Assembly: GCF_030028105.1 (NCBI RefSeq) | Contig: NC_092390.1 | Location: forward strand, 7,006,001 to 7,070,000 | DNA from: Mobula birostris | Taxonomy: Eukaryota | Length of the DNA: 64,000 bases | Direction of reading: 5' to 3' | In this document: positions 12,988 to 25,030 of the stretch, piece after piece | How the letters are laid out: every line of letters starts with the position of its first letter | How positions within the stretch are numbered: the stretch's first letter is position 1 | Position numbers and translations under genes: made by a program | The notes under the pieces: model-generated | What the model was told of the DNA's origin: nothing | The model's database searches: none | Seen by the model: only the letters and a program-made list of their open reading frames with translations

Positions 12988-13025
12988 GAGTCGATGTTTC
13001 AGGCTGAGACCCTTCATCAGGACTG
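12988..13025 (-). ncRNA. Best-preserved minimal type I hammerhead ribozyme motif
   Basis: Minus strand cagtc-CTGATGA-agggtctcagcct-GAAA-ca-TC-gactc: core CUGAUGA and GAAA intact, stem I AGUC/GACU, stem II GGG/CCU, NUH site AUC. Confidence 0.75.
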
Positions 13026-13414
13026 GAAAAAAAATATGGGATCAGGACAAAAAGGTGGTGGGAGGGGAGGAAGTAGTACAAGGTGGTAGGTAATAGGGTG
13101 AAACCTGGAGAGTAAAGAGCTGGGAAGTTGATTGGTGAAAGAGATAAAGGGCTGGAGGAGGTGGAATCGGATCGGAGAGCATGGAAGACCATGGAAGAAA
13201 GGGAAGGGGAGGAGCACCAGAGGGAGGTGATGGGCAGGTGAAGAGATAAGGTGAGAGAGGGAAAGGGGATTGGGGAATGATGAAAGCCGGGGGTGGGGGG
13301 GGGGGGGTGATTACCAGAGGTTCAAGAAGTTGAAGTTCATGCCAACAGGTTGGAAGCTACTCAGACAGATTTACAAGGTGTTGCTCCTTCAACCTGAGTG
13401 TGGCCTCGTCGCGG

Positions 13415-14266
13415 TGTGACAAGAATACACATAGATTACGATGTAGCTGTCCTGTGCTGGCACCAGTGGGATCAGCAGTTGGTCTGCCACCTGTCTTCAG
13501 GAGAGAGAGAGAGATAAGGAAAACAATGGAGCAGCATTTGGAGATGTTAATGAAGGAAGGAGAGCTGTCGGGAGCGGCTCCCCCTTTGAACCCTGAACTG
13601 TTTGAAGTGATGGACAGGCGATACCCCAGCAGGGGGATAAAAAGGGACAGGTTCGCTAAGGCAGGACACACACACGACACCTGAGGTAACAAGACCCTGG
13701 AAGCCGTGCGTCTCTCACAAGTCGGTGGGAAGTACCAGGCCATAGACGCACAGGGTGGAAAGGCACGATCGGCGGGAACCTGGTGTGTGTCCACCCTTGC
13801 CTGGGTGCCAGGTTCACCGCAGGGAAACGATCGTATCTGGAAACGGAGGGGTCACGGTCGGTGACCTCAGATGACATCACAAAGGACTCGCCCGAAAGCT
13901 GACTGCGAAGGTCTGTGCGGAAGCCTTGAATATTCATTCGTTTTGCTCTCTCTCTCCTTCCCCCCACTGTCCATCGCCACGGCAGCAATTACTGTGAACT
14001 GAACTGAACTAAATTGGACTGAACTTTGCGTCACTTTGAAACTGGTCATTTACCCCTAGACAACGATAGAGCTTGATTGATCCTGTTATCTTAATTCTGT
14101 GTACATGTGTGTTTATCATTGCTGAACTGTTGCATTTATTATCCTTTTGATTAGAGTACTGTGTTGCTTGTTTCTTTAATAAAACTTTCTTAGTTCTAGT
14201 AATCCAGACTCCAACTGAGTGATCCATTTCTGCTGGTTTGGCAACCCAGTTACGGGGTACGTAACA
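13415..14266 (+). mobile_element. Solo LTR (852 bp), Gypsy- or ERV-type
   Basis: TGTGAC...GTAACA termini, perfect 4-bp TSD GCGG (13411-13414 and 14267-14270), TATA-like GATAAAA at ~13636, AATAAA at 14178; the host Penelope sequence rejoins seamlessly. Confidence 0.9.
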
Positions 14267-14299
14267 GCGGCAATAGAGGAGGCCATGGAGTGGTGGGAC

Positions 14300-14818
14300 G
14301 GAGAAGAGGAGAGCTGTTGTCATTGGAGACTCAATAGTCAGGGGAGCAGACAGGGATTTTGTGGATGTGAGAAGGACACCCGCATGGTTTGTTGCCTCCC
14401 AGGTGCCAGGGTCCAGGATGTCTCTGACTGGGTGCACGACATCCTGGTACGAGAGGGAAAGCAACCAGAAGTCATGATACATGTTGGGACCAATGACATA
14501 GGCAGGAAGAGGGATGAGGTCCTGAAGTGTGAGTTTCAGGATCTAGGCAGAAGGCTAAAGAACAGGACCTCAAGGGTGGCGTTCTCAGGATTGCTGCCAG
14601 TGCTACGTGACAGTGATGGTAAAAATTGGAGGAGATGGCAGTTGAATGCGTGGCTGAGGAATTGGTGCAGGCAGCAGGGTTTTAGATTTTTGGATCATTG
14701 GGATCTCTTCTGGGGAAGGTGGGACCTGTACAGATTGGATGGGTTGCACCTGAACTCGAGGGGGAGCAATATCCTTGCAGGTAGGTTTGCTAGCATGGTT
14801 CGGGAGGGTTTAAACTAA
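14300..14818 (+). pseudogene. CR1 ORF1, SGNH/GDSL esterase domain (frameshifted)
   Basis: VVIGDSIVRG in an alternate frame at ~14313-14343, then CLPGA, HVGTND and DGLHLN blocks. Confidence 0.9.
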
Positions 14819-14901
14819 TTTGCAAGGGGGTTGGGACCCAGAGCAATAGAGCAGTGAAAGAAGTGCATTGAGTAAAGCCAGATCTAACATATAGAGAGGC
14901 T

Positions 14902-17600
14902 TTGAGGAAAGAGAAGCAGAATAAACGGTGTAAAGACAGAAAGGTAGAAGGGCTGAAGTGTGTGTACCTCAATGCAAGAAGCATCAGGAACAAAGGTGAT
15001 GAACTGAGAGCTTGGATACATACATGGAATTATGATGTAGTGGCCATTACAGAGACTTGGCTGGCACCAGGGCAGGAATGGATTCTCAATATTCCTGGAT
15101 TTCAGTGCTTTAAAAGGGATAGAGAGGGCGGAAAAAGGGGAGGAGGGCTGGCATTACTGGTCAGGGATACTATTACAGCTACAGAAAGGGTGGATAATGC
15201 AGCAGGATCCTCTTTTGAGTCAATATGGGTGGAAGTCAAGAACAGGAAGGGAGCAGTAACTCTATTGGGGGTACTCTATAGGCCCCCTGGAAGCAGCAGA
15301 GATACAGAGGAGCAGATTGGGAGGCAGATTTCGGAAAGGTGCAAAAATAACAGGGTTGTTATCATGGGCGACTTTAACTTCCCTAATATTGATTGGCATC
15401 TGATTACTTCCAAGGGTTTAGATGGGGCAGAGTTCGTTAAGTGTGTCCAGGATGGATTCCTGTCACGGTATGTGGACAGGCTGACTAGGGGGAATGCCAT
15501 ACTAGATCTACTACTTGGTAATGAACCGGGTCAGGTCACAGATCTCTCAGTGGGTGAGCATCTGGGGGACAGTGACCACCGTTCCCTGGCCTTTAGCATT
15601 ATCATGGAATCAGAGAGGACAGGAAAATTTTTTATTGGGGAAGGGCAAATTATGAGGCTGTAAGGCTAGAACTTGCGGGTGTGAATTGGGATGATGTTTT
15701 TGCAGGGAAATGTACTATGGACATGTGGTCGAAGTTTTGGAGATCTCTTGCAGGATGTTAGGGATAAATTTGTCCTAAGTGAGGTGGAAAATCTAGTCAG
15801 GTGGAAGAAGGCAGCATACATGAGGTTTAGGAAGCAGGGATCAGATGGGTCTATTGAGGAATATAGGGAAGCAAGAAAGGAGCTTAAGAGAGGGCTGAGA
15901 AGAGTAAGAAGGGGGCATGAGAAGGCCTTGGCGAGTATGGTAAAGGAAAACCCCAAGGCATTCTTCAATTATGTGAAGAAAAAAAGGATGACAGGAGTGA
16001 AGGTAGGACCAATTAGAGATAAAGGTGGGAAGATGTGCCTGGAGGCTGTGGAAGTGAGCGAGGTCCTCAATGAATACTTCTCTTCAGTATTCACCAATGA
16101 GAGGGAACTTGATGATGGTGAGGACAATATGAGTGAGGTTGATGTTCTGGAGCATGTTGATATTAAGGGAGAGGAGGTGTTGGAGTTGTTAAAATACATT
16201 AGGACGGATAAGTCCCCGGGGCCTGATGGAATATTCCCCAGGTTGCTCCACGAGGTGAGGGAAGAGATTGCTGAGCCTCTGGCTAGGATCTTTATGTCCT
16301 CGTTGTCCACGGGAATGGCACCAGAGGATTGGAGGGAGGCGAATGTTGTCCCCTTGTTCAAAGAAACTAGTAGGGATATTCCGGGTGATTATCGACCAGT
16401 GAGCCTTACATCTATGGTGGGAAAGCTGTTGGAAAAGATTCTTAGAGATAGGTTCTCTGGGCATTTAGAGAATCATGGTCTGATCAGGGATAGTCAGCAT
16501 GGCTTTGTGAAGGGCAGATCGTGTCTAACAAGCCTGATAGAGTTCTTTGAGGAGGTGACCAGGCATATAGATGAGGGTAGTGCAGTGGATGTGATCTATA
16601 TAGATTTTAGTAAGGCATTTGACAAGGTTCCACACAGTAGGCTTATTCAGAAAGTCAGAAGGCATGGGATCCAGGGAAGTTTGGCCAGGTGGATTCAGAA
16701 TTGGCTTGCCTGCAGAAGGCAAAGGGTTGTGGTGGAGGGAGTACATTCAGATTGGAGGATTGTGACTAGTGGTGTCCCACAAGGATCTGTTCTGCGACCT
16801 CTACTTTTTGTGATTTTTATTAACGACCTGGATGTGGGGGTAGAAGGGTGGGTTGGCAAGTTTGCAGACGACACAAAGGTTGGTGGTGTTGTAGATAGTG
16901 TAGAGGATTGTCAAAAATTGCAGAGAGACATTGATAGGATGCAGAAGTGGGCTGAGAAGTGGCAGATGGAGTTCAACCCGGAGAAGTGTGAGGTGGTACA
17001 CTTTGGAAGGACAAACTCCAAGGCAGAGTACAAAGTAAATGGCAGGATACTTGGTAGTGTGGAGGAGCAGAGGGATCTCTGGGTACATGTCCACAGATCC
17101 CTGAAAGTTGCCTCACAGGTGGATAGGGTAGTTAAGAAAGCTTATGGGGTGTTAGCTTTCATAAGTCGAGGGATAGAGTTTAAGAGTCGCGATGTAATGA
17201 TGTAGCTCTATAAAACTCTGGTTAGGCCACATTTGGAGTACTGTGTCCAGTTCTCGTCACCTCACTATAGGAAGGATGTGGAAGCATTGGAAAGGGTACA
17301 GAGGAGATTTACCAGGATGCTGCCTGGTTTAGAAAGTATGCATTATGATCAGAGATTAAGGGAGCTAGGGTTTTACTCTTTGGAGAGAAGGAGGATGAGA
17401 GGAGACATGATAGAGGTATACAAGATAATAAGAGGAATAGATAGAGTGGATAGCCAGCGCCTCTTCCCCAGGGCACCACTGCTCAATACAAGAGGACATG
17501 GCTTTAAGGTAAGGGGTGGGAAGTTCAAGGGGGATATTAGAGGAAGGTTTTTTTACTCAGAGAGTGGTTGGTGTGTGGAATGCACTGCCTGAGTCAGTGG
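14902..17600 (+). pseudogene. CR1 ORF2, APE endonuclease plus reverse transcriptase (frameshifts and stop)
   Basis: YLNARS, ITETW, GDFN, LDL and SDH APE motifs; KSPGPDG, YRPVSL, QHGF, DFSKAFD, GVPQGS and FADD RT motifs; broken at ~15630 and 17203. Confidence 0.95.
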
Positions 17601-18944
17601 TGGAGGCAGATACACTAGTGAAGTTTAAGAGACTACTAGACAGGTATATGGAGGAATTTAAGGTGGGGGCCTATATGGGAGGCAGGGTTTGAGGGTCGGC
17701 ACAACATTGTGGGCTGAAGGGCCTGTACTGTGCTGTACTATTCTATGTTCTATGTTCTATGACATGTCAGAATGGGAATGGGAAGTGGAATTGAAATGAG
17801 TGGCCACCAGGAGACCCCACTTCTTCTGGTGCACAGCGAAGTGGTCTCCCAATCTACGTCAGATCTCACCGATATACAGCAGGCCACACCGGGAGCACCG
17901 GACACAGTATATGACCCCAACAGACTCACAGGTGAAGTGTCGCCTCACCTGGAAGGACTGTTTGGGGCTCTGAATGGTGGTGAGGGAGGAAGTGTAGGGG
18001 CAGGTGTGGCACTTGTTCTGCTTGCAAGGATAGGTGCCAAGAGGGGGATCAGTGGGGACGGTTGAATGGACAAGGGAATCACATAGGGAGCGATCCCTGC
18101 AGAAACTAGGGGGATGGGGAGGGAAAGATGTGCTTGGTGGTGGGATCCCATTGGAGATGGAAGAAGTTACAGAGGATTAAATGCTGAACACAGAGACTAG
18201 TGGGGTGGTAGGTGAGAACAAGAGGAACTCTATCCCTGGTGGGGTGGTGGGAGGATGGGGTGAGGACAGACGTGTGCTACATGGAAGAGACGTGGGTGAG
18301 GGCAGTATTGGTGGTGGAGGACGGAAAGCCCCCTTCTTTGAAGGAGGAGGACATCTCAATGGTTCTGGAATGAAAAGCCTCATCCCAAAAGCAGATGCAT
18401 TTTACAAGTGACAGGGTGGGGAAAGGTATACTCCAGGTAGCTGTGAGAGTCAGTGGGTTTACTAAAGGTATCAGTAGATAAGCTGTCTCCAGAGATAGAG
18501 CCAGAGAGATCGAGACAGGGAAGGGAAGCGTTAAGGAATGACCAGGTAAATTTGAGGGCCAGCAGGTGACTGGTAGTATCATGGCCTGGTACAGCAGTTT
18601 GACTGCACAGGAACACAAGAAGCTGCAGAGAACAATGGACTCAGTCTAATACATCCCCCCCCCCCCGCCCCCCACCATCGGAAGTATCTACAGGAGGTGC
18701 TGCCTCAAGATGACAACATCCATCATCAACGATCCCCACCATCCAGGCCTTGACATCTTCTCACTGCCATAGGGCAGGAGGTACAGAAGCCCGAAGCCCC
18801 ACACCACCAGGTTCAGAAACAGCTACTTCCCTTCAACCATTCAGTTCTTAAACCAACCCTAATCACTGCAGTTTACCAACACTCTGACCATCAAGATAGA
18901 TTTTTAAAAATTTAATTATGTGTATTTGTGTGGAATTTATTTTA

Positions 18945-19460
18945 TTTATTATTCAGTGATACAGTACAGAATAGGCTCTTCCGGCCTCACCAGCAGCCCA
19001 CCTATTTGTCCCTAGCCTAATCACAGGACAATTTACAATTAGCCGACACACCTGCATGACCTTGGGATGTGGGAGGAAACCAGTGCACGTGGACAAAACA
19101 CACATGGTCACGGAGGGAGGAAGGGAGGGAATGTCGACTCAGACCATGAGAGGCCTGCGTCGGGCGTTTTTGTGCCTTACAAGGCGCAGATTGGAAGTCT
19201 GTGTGGGGCACCACTCCTCACACAGACACTAGAGCGATGTGTGATTAAGTACCTTGCTCAAGGGCACAAACACACTGCCACTGCTGAGGCTCAAACTAGC
19301 GACCTTGAAATAACTAGACGAATGCCTTAACCACTTGGCCACGTGCCCAACACACAGAAGAATGTACGAACTCCTTACAGATGGCTCCAAAACTGAACTC
19401 CAAACTCCGAAGCCCCGGGTTGTAATAGTGTCACACTAACCACTACACTACCGTAGCAAC
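18945..19460 (-). mobile_element. V-SINE interrupted by a second SINE
   Basis: gggatgtgggaggaaaccagtgcac...ggtcacgg, insertion, then agaatgtacgaactccttacag. Confidence 0.75.
19113..19351 (-). mobile_element. tRNA-derived SINE with CORE/Meta-like central motif and RTE-like tail
   Basis: Minus strand: A box TGGCCAAGTGG, B-box-like AGTTTGAGC, gtgcccttgagcaaggtacttaa, tail ctctcatggtctgagtcgac followed by pyrimidine repeats. Confidence 0.7.
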
Positions 19461-21554
19461 CCCTAATAAAATTTGGCTGCCATTATTTACTACACCCGAA
19501 ACGGCACGTCATTAGTTGTGAACCTGTTTGGGACAGCCTGGGGTTATTAAAGTGAGAGTTCTCCGTGGAATTTAACTGCGAGACCATTCTTAGTAAACCT
19601 TGAAAGAAGGTCAATAGTATATATATTTTTTCAAAGTTCAAAGTACACTTATTATTAAAATATGTATGCAGTATACAAGCCTGAGATTCGTCTTCCCCAT
19701 AGACAGTCACGAAACAAAGAAACACCATGGAACCTGTTCAAAGTAAACATCAAACACCCAATGTGAAAAAAAAATTTTGCAAACGACAAAAACTGAGCAA
19801 ATAGTGCACCGAATATTAAACATCAAACCACAGAGTCCTTGAGACAGACCAGGAATGTTCAGCTTAGTTCAAGTTAGCGCTGTGTCATTTGATGCATGCT
19901 GGCCGCAGAGCCAGTGCTCCAATCAAAATCGTGCAAAGTAGCAATAATAAAAAACTGTAGCCGGAAACCAAAAACGGATATAACATGAACTGCAGGGTCC
20001 TCTAGAAATGAGCCAAATCCTCAAACCTTGCCCAAGACCCCTGTACCTTCATCCATCAACAGCAAGCAAGAGGGAGAGGAAGGCTGGTCAAACTTAGGCA
20101 GATGGTGCCAAACACCGCTTGCCTTCCTCTCTCATTCTCATTGATTTCAACCTTGCTCAATGCTTTATTTGGTGAGATCAGCAAGTAATGGACAAAGCAA
20201 AAGCTAACAAAAACTACATCCGAATATAATAGTTTCTGACAACACAAGGACTTCATGTTTTCCCACCACCTCGCCGGGACCAAAAGGTTGAAGAGATCGT
20301 GTAGCTATTGGGACCTTCCTCTAACATAAGTATGATTAATATCTCCCTCATGATTGCTGTTTATCTGATGCTCTGTGCTGGTAGGCTTTCCATTGCACCT
20401 GTGCATACATGTACTTGTAGTTTTGACCTTGAGTCAAATCACAGAGCTAGTTATTGAGAGGGTATTTTTAAGGATAAAATTAGCTTTATTTGTCATAGGT
20501 ACATCGAAACACACAGTGAAATGTGTCATCAAAGTCTGTGGATGTGCTGGAGCAGCCCACAAATGTCACCATGCCTTTGGAGCCAAGATAGCATGCCCAC
20601 AACATTTCCTGTTGTTCTCATAACGCTGACCCACACTCCAGAACCATGGCAACCCCAACCTCAGTGGCTGAGTGTCAGTACACACATAACATGCACAGTT
20701 GTGCACACCAAACTGCACATGGAGTCAAACTGCGTTTATTGTCACATGCAATAATACAACGAGGCACAAGTACAATTAGTGTCACGTGCACATGTACGGT
20801 GAGAGTCAGGTACAATGAAACATCACAGGCCCATAGATTCAGACTACTCAAGGCAGTGGCATAGTGGTTAAGTTATGTTACTGGGCCAGCAGCCAATTCT
20901 GCACGATTGACCTAACGACACAAGTTCAAATCCCACCACGGCAATCAAGCAATTTAGATTTAACCAACTGGATAAATCTGGAGTTTGAAAATTGAAAAAT
21001 CTCAAATCACAAAACATTAACCACAAAATTAACATATGGGTGCCATGGTAGGGTAGCAGTTAGCGTGACTCTATTACAGTTCAGAGTTCAACAAGGCATT
21101 GAAGAGACAAATAAAAGAGCATGCAAGACATTAGTGCAAAACAAAGACAAAATCAGAGACAAGTCCGTAGTGTTCCATTGCCGTGGTTAGGACTTGTGTG
21201 CAGCTTCACTGGAGCACGAGAGAATGAGTGTCACACTAACCTAACTCTGATCCTAGATCTTATCGTCTTATGTTCTTTGTAAGTCAAACTGTCCTCAACT
21301 AGGGTCGCACAGTACGGTAATGAATGCATTACAGCCGTAAGATCAGGGTTCAATTCCCACCACCGTTCGTAAGAAGTTTGTATGCTCTCTCTCTGACTGC
21401 GCGGGGTTCCTCCGCATGCTCTGGTTTCCTCCCACATTCCAAGTAAGTTGTGGGCATGCGACGTTGGTGTTGGGTGAGGATGAGGAACTGGGCCACCACC
21501 TTCTGTACAACAGCATAGTCTTCATCCATCTGGGGAAAGGGTGTATGCAGGTGG

Positions 21555-21810
21555 CCAGGCACTAAAACTTTTTCACCCAGCAAGTGGTGGATGTATGGAA
21601 TGCTCTACCCCATAAGGCTGTGGAGGCCAAATCTCCGGATGCTTTCAAGAAAGAGATGTATAGAGCTCTTAAAGATAGTGGAATCAAAGGTTATGGGGAT
21701 AAGGCAGGAACTGGATATTGATTGTGGATGATCAGCCATGATCACAGTGAATGGCGGTGCTGGCTCGAATGGCTGAATGGCCGAATGGCCTACTCCTGCA
21801 CCTATTGTCT
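21555..21810 (+). mobile_element. CR1 LINE 3' fragment
   Basis: Close match to 51050-51295 (gatgatcagccatgatca...gaatggcctactcctgcacctattgtct). Confidence 0.85.
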
Positions 21811-22159
21811 AAACTCATGGTCTACCAGGCGTCAGCAATTCCTGTAGCCCTGCACTCTTCTCATTTGGTACGTTACCAACCGTTCTAGAAAATTTCTACA
21901 GATGTACCCTGGAGAGCATGCTGACTGGTTGCATCGCCCTCTGGTATGGAGGGGCCACTCACAGGACCAGAAAAAAAACTGCAGAGTGTTGCAAACTCAG
22001 TCAGTTCCACCATGAGCACCAGCCTCCCCAGAATCAAAAACCTTCAAAGAACGATGTCTCAGAAAGGCTGCGTCCATCATCAAGGACCCCCATCACTCTG
22101 GATTTGCTCACTTCTTATTACGACTATAGCCCAGTAGCACTCTTATCTAATGTGAGAGG

Positions 22160-24150
22160 CTGATCATGACTATAATCAACTGCTGTCTGATCAGGGACCT
22201 GGCCCTGCTGCAATTTGCCTATCGGCACAAAAGGTCTACAGCAGATATAATCTCCACTCGGCCTTGATCGCCTGGAATGTCAGGCTGCTGTCTATTGATT
22301 ACAGCTCAGCGTTCAATACAATTATACACTCAGTTCTAATCAACAAGCTCCAAAATCTGGGCCTCTGCATCTCCCTCTGCAACTGGATCCTTGACTTCCT
22401 CACCTGGAGACCAATCTGTGCTATCGGAAATAAAACCTCCTCCTGCTAAAAACCAACACTGGTGCACCTCAGGGATGTGTGCTTAGCCCACTGCCCTACT
22501 CTCTCTACACCCATGACTGTGTGGCTAGGCTTAGCTCAAACGCCATCTATAAACTTTCCCACAGCACAACTGTCGCAGGCAGAATTTCAGATGGTGACGA
22601 GCAGGCGCACAAGACAAGACAGATCAGCTGGCTGAATGCTGCCACAATAACCTCGCACTCAACATCCGTAAGACCAAGTAACTGATTGTGTAATTTAGGA
22701 AGGGAGAATTGAGGTAACACACACCAGTTCTCATTGAGGGATTAGCAGTGGAAAGGGTGAATTGTTTCAAGTTCCAACGTCTCCGAGGATCTATCCCAGG
22801 TCTGACATTTTGATGCAATTACAAAGAAGGCACGACAACAGATGTATTTCATTTGGACCTTGAGGAGACCTAGTATGTCATGAAAGACACTCTTAAGTTT
22901 CTACATATATATTGGAGGAGGAGAAGATGGCGGCGCGACGTAGCTTGCACGGCCACTCTGGTGAATGATATCTGTAATCTGTCAAGTAGGGTGCCGTGCA
23001 CAATCCTGATTTGATGGAGACAGACGTGAGAGAACAGAGGAACATCTGGAGAAACTTCTGAAATGCCTTTTTCGCTGCCATTGTTACTGTGTGATCCTGA
23101 ATCTCCGGAGGGGAAGGCCCCGAATCCTTGGCTTTGCTTGTTGCTTGGTGGCCGGGGCCGGGGTCGAAGCACTTGGCAGAGACGGTGCTCAGTGTCGAAG
23201 GGCTGGTTGGAGGCTCAAAGTTTTCAGACGGACTCAGTGTCGGCTGTGGTCAGGTGCTTCCAATGCATCGACAGTTGTCGGTGCCTGGAGGTTTATAGCA
23301 GAGAGAGTTTCTCCCTTCTGTCGCCTGCTAGCGGGTCTATCGGGAGTCGATCGAAACTTTGAGATTTTTTTTTACCGTTCCCATGGTCTGCTCTTTATCA
23401 AATTATGGTATTGCTTTGCACTGCTGTAACTATATGTTATAATTATGTGGTTTTGTCAGTGTTAGTCTTTGGTTTGTCCTGTTTTTTTTTGTGATATCAC
23501 TCCTGAGGAACATTGTATCATTTCTTAATGCATGCATGCATTTCTAAATGACAATAAACGAGGACTGAGTGACCTCATAATCTAATCTAATCTAAAGAGT
23601 ATTTTGACTGGTTGCATCACCATCTGGTGTAAAGAGCCCACTGCACAGGACTGGAAAAAGCTGCAGAAAGTTGTAAACTCAGCCATCTCCATCATGGGCA
23701 CTAGCCTCCCCAGCGTCCAGGACACCTTCAAAAGGCATTGCCTCAAAAGGGTGGCTTCCAACGTTAAGGACCACCATCACCAGGTCATGCCCTCTTCTGA
23801 CTGCTACCATCAAGGGGAAGCCTGGAGACACACACTCAATGCTTCAGATCCAGCATTGGGCTTGTGAATGGACAAGGAACAGCACCTCACTGTTGATACT
23901 GAACCTGACTGAGAGAGAGGAGCTACAGAGCCTTCAGGGCACATTCTCAGTGTTTAACCAACAGCTTCCCCCCTCTGCCATCAGATTCCTGAACAGACAA
24001 TGGACCAACTATGAACAGAAACTCACTATTTTTGCATTATTTATTTTAATATATATATATATATATATATCCTTTTGTAAATTACAGTCTTCTTATGAAT
24101 TTCTCTATACCGCTGCCACAAAACAACAAATTTAACGACGTACATCAGTG
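22160..24150 (+). mobile_element. Decayed Rex1/Babar-type LINE RT fragment, interrupted
   Basis: [51 protein letters not shown] and SILTGCITIW...KKLQKVV motifs spread across frames. Confidence 0.85.
22914..23595 (+). mobile_element. Young non-autonomous retroelement (copy 1 of 2)
   Basis: Starts GGAGGAGGAGAAGATGGCGGCG, ends acaataaa...(CTAAT)n; CpG-rich; highly similar inverted copy at 32075-32703. Confidence 0.85.
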
Positions 24151-24299
24151 ATACTCTCATTGTAATTCTGCAGCCTGGACAAGGCACTGGAAAGTCACAA
24201 CCAACAAAATGCTCCAGATTCACTGGAAAGATTAGCAAACCACCATCAGTGGCCGGGCACAGCAGTGTGTGGTATAACAGAGGGACCGAGCAGTACAAA

Positions 24300-25030
24300 T
24301 TCCCCTGAGAGTGATCTCACAGGTGGACAGGGTGGTGAAGAAGGCACGCAAGATGCTGGCCTTCATCAGTCAGGGCGCTGAGTAAATGAATTGTGATACT
24401 GTGCTGTGCTGTCCAAGGCGTAAGTGAGCCTGAACTTGGAGTATTATATACAGTTTTGGTCTCCCTATTATAGGACAGACGTCATTATGCTGGAACAAGT
24501 GCAGAAAAGCTTTACAAGAAGGTTGCCAGGATTCACATAAAAAATGCTGCCTGGCCTGCTGCGTTCACCAGCATTTTGTATGTGTGTTGCTTGAATTTCT
24601 AACATCTGCAGATTTCCTCATGTTTGCCAGGATTCAACGTCCTCAGATATAGGGAGAGGTTGGGCTTTATTCTTTGGATGTAGGAGGCTGGGGTGGGGGG
24701 ATGACCTTGTAGAAGTGTAGAAATCAGGAGGGGTATTGATAGGCTGAATACACAGTCTTTCTCCCAGGTAAAGGGTATCATAAACCAGAAGGCAAAGGAT
24801 TAAGGAGAGAGGGGAAAGTTTTAACAGGAACCCGAGGGCATAAGGGTGGTGAGTATATGGGACAAGCTGCCAGAGGAAGTGGCTGCGGCTGGTTCAATAG
24901 CAATGTTTAAAAGGAATTTGGACAGGACATGGATAAGAAAGCTTCAGAGGAATATGGGCAAATGGGACTAGCTAAGATGGGGCAGTTAGTGGGCTTCGAT
25001 CAGTTGAGCCAAAGGGCATGTTTCCTCTGT
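24300..25030 (+). mobile_element. Old CR1 3' fragment containing a mini Penelope insertion
   Basis: caggtggacagggtggtgaagaaggc...ttggagtattatatacagttttgg aligns by eye to the CR1 ORF2 end. Confidence 0.75.
24536..24623 (+). mobile_element. 88-bp Penelope terminal insertion with 13-bp TSD
   Basis: TTGCCAGGATTCA duplicated at 24523-24535 and 24624-24636; insert is a short inverted piece plus the pLTR terminus. Confidence 0.85.

Larger units (their letters stand above)
14290..17760 (+). mobile_element. Near full-length, 5'-truncated CR1 LINE
   Basis: ORF1 esterase, ORF2 APE plus RT, and a 3' (TTCTATG)n tail at 17741-17760. Confidence 0.95.
12899..18560 (-). mobile_element. 5'-truncated Penelope-like element (RT C-terminus, Cys linker, GIY-YIG endonuclease, pLTR), interrupted by a solo LTR and a CR1
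   Basis: Minus-strand translations LKFTWS..ASLPCLDLS.SISGDSLSTDTFSKPTDSHSYL (18420-18560), GTYPCKQNKCHTCPY...FTCESVGVIYCVRCSRCGLLYIGE (17830-18040) and DEATLRLKEQHL (13370-13410); collinear with the uninterrupted copy at 37680-38550. Confidence 0.9.

Noticed and set aside
14219-14818. Stand-alone host esterase gene
   Set aside because: It is CR1 ORF1; its N-terminus is a chimera of LTR and Penelope sequence and the catalytic GDS block is out of frame.
15969-17094. Antisense ORFs over CR1 ORF2
   Set aside because: Shadow frames of the RT coding sequence with no independent motifs.
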